Source: Bacteroidota bacterium
GTDB taxonomy: Bacteria > Bacteroidota > Bacteroidia > Flavobacteriales > Weeksellaceae
Length of the DNA: 64,000 nucleotides
Direction: 5' to 3'
Assembly: GCA_023460855.1 (NCBI GenBank)
Contig: JAEWOS010000016.1
Span: 78,900 to 142,899 of the forward strand
The notes under the pieces are model-generated. The model saw nothing but the letters and a program-made list of their open reading frames with translations. It searched no databases and was not told where the DNA came from. Position 1 is the stretch's first letter. Every line of letters starts with the position of its first letter. The position numbers and the translations under genes are program-made. Shown here piece by piece: positions 45,961 through 55,279 of this stretch.

Positions 45961-46518
45961 ATGGACGAATTACTCGCAAAAATCACGGATTACGGAGATG
46001 AAGCGCACGGCGATCAGATGAGGAAATATGCACCTGACCGCTATATGGTTCATCCGGTAAGAGTAATGGAAAAGTTGCGCGGTTTAACAAACGATAAAAC
46101 GATTCTTGCAGCCGCTTTACTTCATGATGTGCTGGAAGACATACCGGTTACGGAAGACGAAATGCGGCAGTTTCTTAGTACTTTAATGACTTCTGAAGAA
46201 GCACGCAGAACTCTGGACCTCGTCGTTGAATTAAGCGATGTCTATGTGAAATCTGCTTATCCAAACCTTAACCGCAGAACCAGAAAATCCAAAGAACTGG
46301 ACAGGCTTGTACAAACTTCCGCGGCATCGCAAACGATTAAATATGCGGATATTCTGGATAATACGCTTGAAATTGTCGATGAAGACCGGTCGTTCGCAAA
46401 AGTATATTTAAGCGAAGTCCGGCAGATTCTGCGGAAACTGGACAAAGGCGATCCCGAACTGCGTTCCGAAGCACTTGCTGCTGTTGAAGATGGTTTGAAA
46501 AGGCTCGGTGTCCGCTAA
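45961..46518 (+). CDS. HD-domain protein, SpoT/Mesh1-type (p)ppGpp hydrolase-like, no synthetase domain
   Basis: 185 aa. HPVRVMEKL...[12 protein letters not shown] is the RelA/SpoT hydrolase HD signature. Confidence 0.75.
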   Translation: MDELLAKITDYGDEAHGDQMRKYAPDRYMVHPVRVMEKLRGLTNDKTILAAALLHDVLEDIPVTEDEMRQFLSTLMTSEEARRTLDLVVELSDVYVKSAYPNLNRRTRKSKELDRLVQTSAASQTIKYADILDNTLEIVDEDRSFAKVYLSEVRQILRKLDKGDPELRSEALAAVEDGLKRLGVR

Positions 46519-46550
46519 AACTTTCCAAATTTTTTACATTTTACTTTATT

Positions 46551-47591
46551 ATGCGAATAGAATACGATATCAAACTCGGCTTTAAAGATGTGATGTTCCG
46601 TCCGAAGAGGTCCACTTTAAAATCGCGTTCACAAGTCAGCCTGGAACGCACTTTCAAATTCCGGAACTCGCGCCACAAGTGGACCGGCGTTCCCGTTATT
46701 GCAGCAAACATGGATACGGTAGGAACTTTTGAGATCGCTGAAGCACTCGCAAAAGAAAAAATGCTGACTGCAATTCACAAGCATTATTCGATTTCAGAAT
46801 GGGCGGAATTTCTGAAAAACCGAGAACACGATTTCTTTGATCATATTGCTTTAAGCACCGGAACCGGAGAATCCGACGAAGAAAAAATCAGGCAGATTAT
46901 TGGCGAAAACCCACAACTAAAATTTCTCTGCATCGACGTAGCGAACGGTTATTCGGAACATTTTGTAGAATTTGTGAAAAAAACTCGGGACCGCTATCAG
47001 GACAAGACGATCATCGCAGGAAACGTTGTAACCGGCGAAATGGTGGAGGAACTGATTCTTGCCGGCGCTGATATCGTGAAAGTTGGGATTGGTCCGGGAT
47101 CCGTTTGCACCACTCGTGTAAAAACCGGCGTCGGATATCCACAACTTTCTGCAATTATTGAATGTGCAGATGCTGCGCACGGACTTCGCGGCCATATTAT
47201 CGGAGACGGAGGCTGCAAAGTTCCCGGTGATGTAGCGAAAGCTTTTGGAGGAGGCGCTGATTTTGTAATGCTGGGCGGAATGTTTGCCGGACATGACGAA
47301 AGTGGCGGTGAAACCGTTACTGAAAACGGTAAAACGTACAGGCTTTTTTATGGAATGAGTTCCACTACTGCAATGGATAAACATTCAGGAGGCGTCGCTG
47401 AATATCGTGCTTCCGAAGGCAAAACAGTGAAAGTTCCGTACAGGGGTGCTGTTTCGGAAACGGTAAAGGATATTTTGGGCGGCGTTCGTTCTACCTGCAC
47501 TTATGTTGGTGCGGCCGAACTGCGCGAACTGTCAAAAAGAACTACTTTCATCCGCGTACAGGAACAGGAAAACCAGATTTTTAACGATTAA
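46551..47591 (+). CDS. guaC: GMP reductase
   Basis: 346 aa. The motifs [43 protein letters not shown] and [23 protein letters not shown] match GuaC. Confidence 0.93.
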   Translation: MRIEYDIKLGFKDVMFRPKRSTLKSRSQVSLERTFKFRNSRHKWTGVPVIAANMDTVGTFEIAEALAKEKMLTAIHKHYSISEWAEFLKNREHDFFDHIALSTGTGESDEEKIRQIIGENPQLKFLCIDVANGYSEHFVEFVKKTRDRYQDKTIIAGNVVTGEMVEELILAGADIVKVGIGPGSVCTTRVKTGVGYPQLSAIIECADAAHGLRGHIIGDGGCKVPGDVAKAFGGGADFVMLGGMFAGHDESGGETVTENGKTYRLFYGMSSTTAMDKHSGGVAEYRASEGKTVKVPYRGAVSETVKDILGGVRSTCTYVGAAELRELSKRTTFIRVQEQENQIFND

Positions 47592-47598
47592 TCCGAAA

Positions 47599-48177
47599 TT
47601 AAAATAATTTTTCGACTGAAGCCCGCAATTTTTCTGATGCGTGCTGAATCGAGTCATTCCAGTCGGCAGCAGCATCATCGTCGGCTCCGTCTGTGATGTA
47701 TTTTAGACACATGAAAGGAATATTCTCGAGGAATGCAATTTTAGCCAGTGCATAGGCTTCCATATCAATTACATTATAGGCATCGCTGTTGTGCCCAACC
47801 TCAAAATTGTCTCCGGAACCACAGGTTCCTTCCGGAAAACCCGATAATTGTATCCCATTTTTCAAAATAACCGGCATAGATTCAAAAGGCGTCTGAAACA
47901 CATTGAAACCCAGCGCACTAACATTCATATCACGTTGAATAAAACCGGTACAACATACCACATCTCCCCTGTTAAAAGAGTTACTTCCAGCAGTTCCCAT
48001 ATTGATGATAAGATCAGGATTAGAATCAGCTATGGACTTCATTAAACGATAGCCTGCATTCACCTTCCCAAGTCCGGTAAAAACAGTCTGTACATCATCA
48101 AATTTAGCACCGGCTTCGCTTTCCATCGCGAAAACAAAAAGCGGTTTCGAATATGTTTTTCCTTCAATAATCATCAT
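47599..48177 (-). CDS. nucleosidase of the PNP/UDP-1 (MTA/SAH nucleosidase-like) family, short form
   Basis: 192 aa. The motifs FAMESEA, NMGTAGS and DMEAYALA match the family. Confidence 0.7.
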   Translation of the reverse strand: MMIIEGKTYSKPLFVFAMESEAGAKFDDVQTVFTGLGKVNAGYRLMKSIADSNPDLIINMGTAGSNSFNRGDVVCCTGFIQRDMNVSALGFNVFQTPFESMPVILKNGIQLSGFPEGTCGSGDNFEVGHNSDAYNVIDMEAYALAKIAFLENIPFMCLKYITDGADDDAAADWNDSIQHASEKLRASVEKLF

Positions 48178-48229
48178 AAAAAAAGGCTTTAATGAAAAAG
48201 CCCAGTCTGTATTGCTTAAATTATAGGTG

Positions 48230-48973
48230 TTAAGTCAGTAAACCGCCGCAGACGTTCAGAACCTGTCCTGTAACGTAGCCGGACATATCGCTGCCCAGGA
48301 AAACACATGCATTTGCCACATCTTCCGGAAGACCGCCGCGTTTCATCGGTACATCGTCTCTCCACTGTTCAATGACTTTCTGATCAAGAGCAGCCGTCAT
48401 TTCAGTTTCAATAAATCCCGGTGCGATTGCGTTGCACCTGATATTTCTCGATCCGAGTTCCAGTGCTACAGATTTTGTAAATCCAATCACTCCGGCCTTT
48501 GACGCTGCATAATTTGCCTGACCGCCATTCCCCTGAATCCCGACAACGGAAGACATATTAATAATCGATCCTGTTCTGGCCTTCATCATTGGCTTGATTA
48601 CCGCTTTGGTAAGATTGAAAACACTGTCCAGGTTCACTTTCATGATTACATCCCAGTCTTCCTTACTCATTCTGAGCAGCAGATTATCCTTGGTAATTCC
48701 TGCATTATTTATGAGAATATCGATCTTTCCGAATTCTGCAATGACGTCATCAACCAGTTTTTGCGCGGCATCAAAATCAGATGCATCACTCTGATATGCT
48801 TTAATCTGTGTTTCTGAACTCAGCGATTTTTCAATTTCTGCAGCCCTCTCAACAGATCCTGCAAAAGTAAAGGCAACTTTAGCTCCGTGTTTGGCGAAAG
48901 TTTCTACAATTCCTTTCCCGATTCCTCTTGTTCCGCCGGTAATCAGCGCTACTTTTCCTTCCAGTAATTTCAT
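48230..48973 (-). CDS. fabG: 3-oxoacyl-[acyl-carrier-protein] reductase
   Basis: Start placed at ATG 48973 (MKLLEGKVALITGGTRGIGKG). The track ORF extends 28 codons further and would overlap rsmI. NNAGIT, YAASKAG and the SDR catalytic motifs are present. Confidence 0.92.
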   Translation of the reverse strand: MKLLEGKVALITGGTRGIGKGIVETFAKHGAKVAFTFAGSVERAAEIEKSLSSETQIKAYQSDASDFDAAQKLVDDVIAEFGKIDILINNAGITKDNLLLRMSKEDWDVIMKVNLDSVFNLTKAVIKPMMKARTGSIINMSSVVGIQGNGGQANYAASKAGVIGFTKSVALELGSRNIRCNAIAPGFIETEMTAALDQKVIEQWRDDVPMKRGGLPEDVANACVFLGSDMSGYVTGQVLNVCGGLLT

Positions 48974-49025
48974 GTTTATTCTTTGAATGATTTCGTACAA
49001 TCTATCATCACAAAAGTAATGATAT

Positions 49026-49703
49026 TTATTGAATGGTATTGTTGATGACGAGCACAATCTCGCCTTTCAGCGTCTTGCTTTGAGAAAACTCAATAAGTTC
49101 ATCAATTGTTCCGCGTTTGGTTTCCTCAAACTTTTTGGAGATTTCCCTGCTTAAACTGACTCTCGTATGATCGCCGAAGAATTCTTTTATTTGAACCAGT
49201 GTGGTATTAATTTTATGCGGACTTTCATAAAGCACAATGGTTTTTTGCTCGTCCGCAAGTTGCTTCAGTTTAGTCTGCCTGCCTTTTTTCTGCGGGAGAA
49301 ATCCGGCAAAATAGAAATCGTGGTTTGGAAGACCGGAAACAACCAAAGCCGGCACAAAAGCAGTTGCTCCAGGCAAACAAATCATTTCAATTCCTTCATC
49401 ACTGCATGCTTTCGCAAGAAGATATCCAGGATCAGAAATTCCGGGTGTCCCTGCATCGGTAATAATTGCAATATTCTGCGCGTTCTTAAGATCTTCTATG
49501 ACTTTTTGCGTAGTTTGATGTTCATTATGTAAATGATAGGATTTCAGCGGTTTAGATATTTCAAAATGCTTTAGCAATACCCCGGAAGTCCGGGTATCTT
49601 CACAGAGAATATAGTCCACCTCTTTCAGTACTCTGATTGCTCTGAAAGTCATGTCTTCCAGGTTGCCGATCGGCGTTGGAACGAAATAAAGAATACCGGA
49701 CAT
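49026..49703 (-). CDS. rsmI: 16S rRNA (cytidine1402-2'-O)-methyltransferase
   Basis: 225 aa. The motifs LYFVPTPIGNLEDMTFRA, CEDTR and TDAGTPGISDPG match RsmI. Confidence 0.92.
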   Translation of the reverse strand: MSGILYFVPTPIGNLEDMTFRAIRVLKEVDYILCEDTRTSGVLLKHFEISKPLKSYHLHNEHQTTQKVIEDLKNAQNIAIITDAGTPGISDPGYLLAKACSDEGIEMICLPGATAFVPALVVSGLPNHDFYFAGFLPQKKGRQTKLKQLADEQKTIVLYESPHKINTTLVQIKEFFGDHTRVSLSREISKKFEETKRGTIDELIEFSQSKTLKGEIVLVINNTIQ

Positions 49704-49725
49704 AAAATTCTGTAATGACTAAACT

Positions 49726-51102
49726 TTAAAGCTGCTCGAATAAATTCCTGCAAAAAGCTTCAAGACCCGGATCTCTCGCTCCCATAAGCAGCAGAACCGT
49801 ATTTTCCTGAAGATGCGGTCTTAATTCCTCCAACAGATTATCCCTGTGTTCTACAAAACGGGCCTTTTTTCCTTTTTCTGAAATATCCTGAATAAGATCG
49901 TCGGCTGAAATATCTTTTACAGCAGTACCTCCAGCATAAAAAATTTCGCTCATCCAGATTTCATCCTGTGGCCGTAGCGCAGCGGAAATTTCATCTACAA
50001 AATCCTGCCGAAGAAATCGCGTCGGTCCGTAACCGTGAGGCTGAAACCAGGCAATCAGTTTATCAGCGACAGGCTGACATGCACGAATGCTCGCCGCGCA
50101 TTTCGCAGGATTATGCGCATAATCATCGATCACCCATACGCCGTTTTTCTGTCCTAAAATCTGATGTCGACGGTAAATTCCTTCATAATCGGCCAGACTT
50201 TTCGCACAGCTTTCCAGTGACGCACCAATCTGAACAGCAACTGCGACTGCTGCCGCAGCATTTTCTGCTGAGTGCTGTCCTAAAGATTTCATGCTGAATT
50301 CCTGTCCCTGAATTTCAAAACTGATTTCGAGTCCGTGCTGAGAAAATTTTTCCACACTGAACGCTGCAGTTTCACTTTCAAAACCGAAATCATTATGCGC
50401 ATTATCAGACAGTGTTTGCGCCAGTGTATTCGACTGATTTACAACAAACAAGCCGTTTGTATTATTCTTAAATACTGTAAATAATTCAATCAACTCGTCG
50501 ATTTCCTGATGATCTTTGTCAATATTCAGCAGCAACCCGATTTCCGGTTTATACTGCACAACAGAACCATCGCTTTCATCTGCTTCGATAATCAGCCATT
50601 CTCCGTTACCGACAAATGCATTGCCAATTATATTTTTTTGAATCAGCGCAGTAAGTCCAGCTCCTGAGATGATGCTGGGATCAAAACCGGCATCCGATAA
50701 AATCTGGAACAGCATTGCTGAAGTCGTCGATTTTCCGGAAGTACCTGCAACGGCTATTGTCTTCTTGCTTTGTGCAATCATCGCCAGAATTTCGCTGCGA
50801 TTCAAAATTGGTAGGCCCAGCTCTTTGGCTTTCTGAACTTCGGGAACCGTATCTTCAATCGCGGTTGAAACTATAACTAAATCAGTAGAATCAGTAATCC
50901 CGGTTCCGTCCTGCTCAAAACACTTTATTCCCTCATTTTCAAGAAGTTCCCGGGTTTTATTATAATTTCCTTCCGTGAAATAACGGTCGCTGCCTGAAAC
51001 GTTTTTTCCTGTACCCTGTAGATACTGCGCTATAGCGCTCATTCCGGCTCCGGCAATACCTATAAAAAATGGATTTTTGAAATCAGTGATTTCTCTGATC
51101 AT
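49726..51102 (-). CDS. Mur ligase family protein (MurC/Mpl-like)
   Basis: 458 aa. IGIAGAGMSAIAQYL Rossmann-like N-terminus and GTSGKSTT P-loop. The exact substrate cannot be assigned by eye. Confidence 0.8.
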   Translation of the reverse strand: MIREITDFKNPFFIGIAGAGMSAIAQYLQGTGKNVSGSDRYFTEGNYNKTRELLENEGIKCFEQDGTGITDSTDLVIVSTAIEDTVPEVQKAKELGLPILNRSEILAMIAQSKKTIAVAGTSGKSTTSAMLFQILSDAGFDPSIISGAGLTALIQKNIIGNAFVGNGEWLIIEADESDGSVVQYKPEIGLLLNIDKDHQEIDELIELFTVFKNNTNGLFVVNQSNTLAQTLSDNAHNDFGFESETAAFSVEKFSQHGLEISFEIQGQEFSMKSLGQHSAENAAAAVAVAVQIGASLESCAKSLADYEGIYRRHQILGQKNGVWVIDDYAHNPAKCAASIRACQPVADKLIAWFQPHGYGPTRFLRQDFVDEISAALRPQDEIWMSEIFYAGGTAVKDISADDLIQDISEKGKKARFVEHRDNLLEELRPHLQENTVLLLMGARDPGLEAFCRNLFEQL

Positions 51103-51137
51103 GAATAATTTTTCAGAATTAATATGAAATTACGGGT

Positions 51138-52187
51138 TTAATGGAATCTGCTTTCTACCAGGCTCCAAAGCCTTTGCGCATACTCGTCAGATTTATTCCA
51201 TTTACGTGCGTAATACTGATCGCTCAGATATTCTTTAGCTTCATCGAGCGTTTTGAAACTGTTGAGTTCTTTGATTGTGTGGTTCAGTTCTGTCTGACTT
51301 CCGTCGAAAAGAATTTTGGTAAATGCAATGCGGTCATTAAGATCGAGTTTAAATTCCGGATGAACGATAGCCTCGAGATAATCCGTAGGCACATTTCTTT
51401 TCTGCAGATCACCTTTTACGGGTTCAGGTTCTGAAACAGCAGTTTTTGCAGATTCTAAAGGATCTTCATCAAAGAGCGACTGTATTTTCTTCAGACCTTT
51501 TATACTTGCAAGCTTAAGTTTTCCCTCTGCTTTCTTGGCACCTTCGTCATTTGCAGAGCTGTGTTCGAATGGTTGAGCGTCAAAATCTATAATCTGTCCT
51601 CTGGAAGTATTTACCTCTTCAGTTTCTGTTTCCGACAAAATTTCTTCTTCTTCAACCGGCAACCTTTCTTCTTCTTCCAGTAATTCCGGTTCAGTTACAG
51701 AATTTTCAACAGCTATTTCCGGCTCCGGTTGCAACGGAATAATCTCCGGTTCTTCTGAAATATCTGCCGGAAATTCCGATTCCGATTCCGTTTCTTTCTC
51801 AGAAACTAAATCTTCTTCTGTGTGCTCTGCTAAAGGCACTTCCATCAGGGAAAGCTCAGCGGTCTCATCAGTTTCTACGGAGAGATCTGCATTACCGTCA
51901 AATTCCTCCAGTGTCAAAATTTCTGCGGTATCTTCAATTTCTTCAAATTCATCTATTGCAGATTGCGGTTCAGAATCCACATGTTCTGACTCTACGAAAA
52001 CTGCAGTGTTTTGCAGTTCTGAATTCGCATACTCATTTGCTACTTTCAGAAAAAGAAGTAATTCCTGAAGTTTCGCCAGTTCTCCATTCAGGAGATGCAG
52101 CTGCCTGTCATCAGCATCATAAAGTTTACTGATAATTTCTCTGGCATCAGCAATGACATTCCGGTTTAGTTCTGAGAGGTTATGCAT
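51138..52187 (-). CDS. acidic hypothetical protein with a long E/T/S-rich low-complexity centre
   Basis: 349 aa. Helical, ordered N- and C-termini flank an acidic tract of about 150 aa. It is the only long ORF here. Confidence 0.6.
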   Translation of the reverse strand: MHNLSELNRNVIADAREIISKLYDADDRQLHLLNGELAKLQELLLFLKVANEYANSELQNTAVFVESEHVDSEPQSAIDEFEEIEDTAEILTLEEFDGNADLSVETDETAELSLMEVPLAEHTEEDLVSEKETESESEFPADISEEPEIIPLQPEPEIAVENSVTEPELLEEEERLPVEEEEILSETETEEVNTSRGQIIDFDAQPFEHSSANDEGAKKAEGKLKLASIKGLKKIQSLFDEDPLESAKTAVSEPEPVKGDLQKRNVPTDYLEAIVHPEFKLDLNDRIAFTKILFDGSQTELNHTIKELNSFKTLDEAKEYLSDQYYARKWNKSDEYAQRLWSLVESRFH

Positions 52188-52210
52188 AATATATGCTTGT
52201 TTTTTTTCTG

Positions 52211-52218
52211 TATTTTTG
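52211..52218 (+). promoter_or_regulatory. candidate -7 promoter box (TATTTTTG) for tdk
   Basis: TAnnTTTG match 26 nt upstream of ATG 52245. Confidence 0.4.
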
Positions 52219-52244
52219 AATTTATTTTACGGCTAAAATAACAA

Positions 52245-52835
52245 ATGTTTTTAGAAAATACAATTAACCATTCCAAACAGAGCGGATGGATGGAAGTAAT
52301 CTGTGGATCAATGTTTTCCGGGAAAACCGAGGAGTTGATTCGCCGGTTAAGACGTGCCGAAATGGCAGGTCAGAATGTGGAAATTTTCAAGCCGAAAATA
52401 GATGTGCGCTACCATGAAGAAGAAGTGGTTTCGCACAACCAGAATAAAATTCGCAGCACGCCGGTAGAAAGTTCCAATGAGATTCTGCTTCTCGGTTCAA
52501 CCTGTGATGTTGTAGGAATCGATGAGGCACAGTTTTTTGATGAAGGAATTGTAGAAGTAGCTAATAAACTCGCTAACAATGGAATACGTGTTGTAATTGC
52601 CGGTCTGGATATGGATTTTCTGGGCAGACCTTTTGGTGCAATGCCAAATTTGATGGCTACTGCAGAATATGTTACCAAGGTTCACGCAATCTGCAAAAGA
52701 ACCGGGAATCTTGCTCATTATTCTCACAGAATTACCGCAGGCAAAGATCTTGTTGAGCTCGGAGAAACCGAAAGTTATGAAGCTGTAAGCAGAAAAGTTT
52801 TTGTGGAGGAAGTTTTAAAGAAAAATTCCAGATGA
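52245..52835 (+). CDS. tdk: thymidine kinase
   Basis: 196 aa. The motifs [21 protein letters not shown] and C-terminal Zn-ribbon-like ICKRTG match Tdk. Confidence 0.93.
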   Translation: MFLENTINHSKQSGWMEVICGSMFSGKTEELIRRLRRAEMAGQNVEIFKPKIDVRYHEEEVVSHNQNKIRSTPVESSNEILLLGSTCDVVGIDEAQFFDEGIVEVANKLANNGIRVVIAGLDMDFLGRPFGAMPNLMATAEYVTKVHAICKRTGNLAHYSHRITAGKDLVELGETESYEAVSRKVFVEEVLKKNSR

Positions 52836-55279
52836 AGTATAAGACTTCAGAAATAGCAGCCATAACAGGAAGCATACTGACCGGAAATCCGGATACAGAA
52901 GTTTCTGATATCGCTTTTGACAGCCGGAAAATTTTCGCAGCTGCCAACGTAGCTTTCATAGCAATCAACACTACAAAAAACAGCGGTGAAAAATATATTC
53001 GTTCCGCCATCGAAAAAGGAGTTAAAATTATTATTTCCGAACACGAACCGCTTCCTGACAGCGATGTGACCTGGATTAAAACGGATAACTGCGTACGGTT
53101 TCTTCAGATTCTGGCCCATCACCATCTACAAAATTTACCAAATCTGCTGACTTTCGGAATTACAGGAAGTAACGGGAAAACAGTTGTAAAAGAATGGCTT
53201 TTTCAAAGCGTTTGGCACGATTATCTGACCGTGAAAAGTCCTAAAAGCTACAATTCTCAGATTGGTCTCCCGCTTTCAGTATTGCAGGCAGAAGAAAGGC
53301 ATCAGTTGGGAATTTTTGAAGTCGGAATTTCTATGCCAGGTGAAATGGAACTGCAGCAGCAGGTTTTTTCTCCGAAAATTGGCATCCTGACGCATATCGG
53401 AACTGCACATTCGGTAAACTTCAAAAATGAGGAAGAACTGATTTCCGAGAAATTGAAACTGTTTAAAGATACCGCAGTTATTGTTTTCAATGGTGATAAT
53501 CCTCTGGTTGTTAAGTTGGTAAATAAAATGTACTCCGACCGAAAACTAATATCCTTCGGTCTTGAAGAGCACAATGATTTTCACATTCGTTCCGATTTCA
53601 GAACAGATAAAACCGTTCACATAATCGCCGGCGATGACGAATTACTGATTGATATTCAGCAAAGAGATGAAGCCACGCTAACCAATGCACTTGCAGTAAT
53701 CGCTTGTCTGTATTTTCTAGGCAGGGAAAAGCATGAAATCACAGCGAAAATCAACGCGCTTAAAGCGGTGGAAATGAGGCTGGAAAGTGTGATTGGAAAT
53801 AAAAGTAATCTGATCATCAACGATTCATTCAATCTGGATCTCGATTCGCTTAAAATCGCCCTGCAGTCGAGCATGGAATACCGAAAACCGAAAAATGTAC
53901 TGGTTATTTCCGATTTTATGGAAATTTCCGACTTTGATGAAAACCTGTATCCTACTGTTGCGAAAATGGTGAATGCGTATGATTTCACGGAAATAATTCT
54001 GGTTGGAGAGAATATTGCCGGATACCGCAGTTTATTCAACAAACCTGTAACAGCGTTCAATGATACGATAGAACTGATTGACAGTCAGTACTTAAACCGT
54101 TTCGAAGATTCGTTGATTTTGCTAAAAGGGGCCCGGAAATTTGCATTTGAAAAAATCAAAAATCAGCTTGAACTGCAAAAACATGATACCGTTCTTGAAG
54201 TTAATCTGAATGCAATCCTACATAATATCACGGCCCACCGCGCAAAACTCGATCCTTCAACGAAAATTATGGCCATGGTGAAAGCGCACGCTTATGGTTT
54301 GGGGAGTATAGAAATCGCGGAATTTTTACAACTTAACCACATTGATTATCTGGGTGTTGCATACGCCGATGAAGGAGTAGAATTAAGAAATCACGGAATT
54401 ACAGTGCCGATTATTGTAATGAATCCGGAACAGCACAGTTATGACGCAATCATCGATTACGGTCTTGAACCTGAAATTTACAGCCTGCGCGTTCTGGAAC
54501 TTTTCACAACGCGACTGGAAGACCGCGGAGTTCTGGATCAGTATCCTGTTCACATCAAGCTGGAGACCGGAATGCATCGTCTCGGATTTAAAGATGCTGA
54601 AATTGAACAGCTTATCGCAGAAATAAAGAAGAAAAATATCCTTGTAAAATCGATTTTCAGCCATTTATCTTCTTCTGATATTCCCTCTGAGAAAGACTAC
54701 ACCTGGAAGCAGGTTACGATGTTCGAAGAGATTTCTTCCAAATTAATTTCGGGCCTTGGTTATCAGCCGGTCAGACATATTCTTAACAGCAGCGGAATAG
54801 CGAATTATCCGGAATTTCAATACGATATGGTCAGAATAGGCGTTGGTATGGTAGGAGTTTCCGCGTCTGCCGATTTAAAAAAACGATTGTTGCCGGCTGT
54901 TCAGTTTAAAACGGTCGTCTCACAGGTTTCACGCCTGGAAACGGGCGAAACGGTAGGTTACGGACGGAATTTTGAAGCATCTTCCGAAAGATTAATTGCT
55001 ACAGTACCGGTTGGCTATGCAGATGGTATTCCGCGATTGATCGGGAAAGGAAAAGGTAAAGTAAGTATTCAGAATAAGCTTGTTCCGATTGTAGGAAATA
55101 TCTGCATGGATATGATGATGCTTGATGTTACGGGACTTTCCGTTGCTGAAGGTGACGAAGTCATTATTTTTAACGGGACACCAACGCTGGAAGAATTTGC
55201 GGAATACTGTCAGACCATTCCGTACGAAGTGCTTACTTCGATTTCGAGAAGGGTAAAAAGAGTTTATATAAAAAGCTAA
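52832..55279 (+). CDS. bifunctional UDP-MurNAc-tripeptide--D-Ala-D-Ala ligase (MurF-like) / alanine racemase fusion
   Basis: 815 aa. N-terminal Mur ligase with GITGSNGKT. The C-terminal half has [12 protein letters not shown] (PLP Lys) and VGYADG (Alr). Confidence 0.88.
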   Translation: MKYKTSEIAAITGSILTGNPDTEVSDIAFDSRKIFAAANVAFIAINTTKNSGEKYIRSAIEKGVKIIISEHEPLPDSDVTWIKTDNCVRFLQILAHHHLQNLPNLLTFGITGSNGKTVVKEWLFQSVWHDYLTVKSPKSYNSQIGLPLSVLQAEERHQLGIFEVGISMPGEMELQQQVFSPKIGILTHIGTAHSVNFKNEEELISEKLKLFKDTAVIVFNGDNPLVVKLVNKMYSDRKLISFGLEEHNDFHIRSDFRTDKTVHIIAGDDELLIDIQQRDEATLTNALAVIACLYFLGREKHEITAKINALKAVEMRLESVIGNKSNLIINDSFNLDLDSLKIALQSSMEYRKPKNVLVISDFMEISDFDENLYPTVAKMVNAYDFTEIILVGENIAGYRSLFNKPVTAFNDTIELIDSQYLNRFEDSLILLKGARKFAFEKIKNQLELQKHDTVLEVNLNAILHNITAHRAKLDPSTKIMAMVKAHAYGLGSIEIAEFLQLNHIDYLGVAYADEGVELRNHGITVPIIVMNPEQHSYDAIIDYGLEPEIYSLRVLELFTTRLEDRGVLDQYPVHIKLETGMHRLGFKDAEIEQLIAEIKKKNILVKSIFSHLSSSDIPSEKDYTWKQVTMFEEISSKLISGLGYQPVRHILNSSGIANYPEFQYDMVRIGVGMVGVSASADLKKRLLPAVQFKTVVSQVSRLETGETVGYGRNFEASSERLIATVPVGYADGIPRLIGKGKGKVSIQNKLVPIVGNICMDMMMLDVTGLSVAEGDEVIIFNGTPTLEEFAEYCQTIPYEVLTSISRRVKRVYIKS

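Noticed and set aside
48974-49057. 28-codon extension of the fabG ORF that overlaps rsmI
   Set aside because: The SDR Rossmann motif follows directly after Met 48973 (MKLLEGKVALITGG). The extension would overlap the rsmI 3' end by 32 nt.
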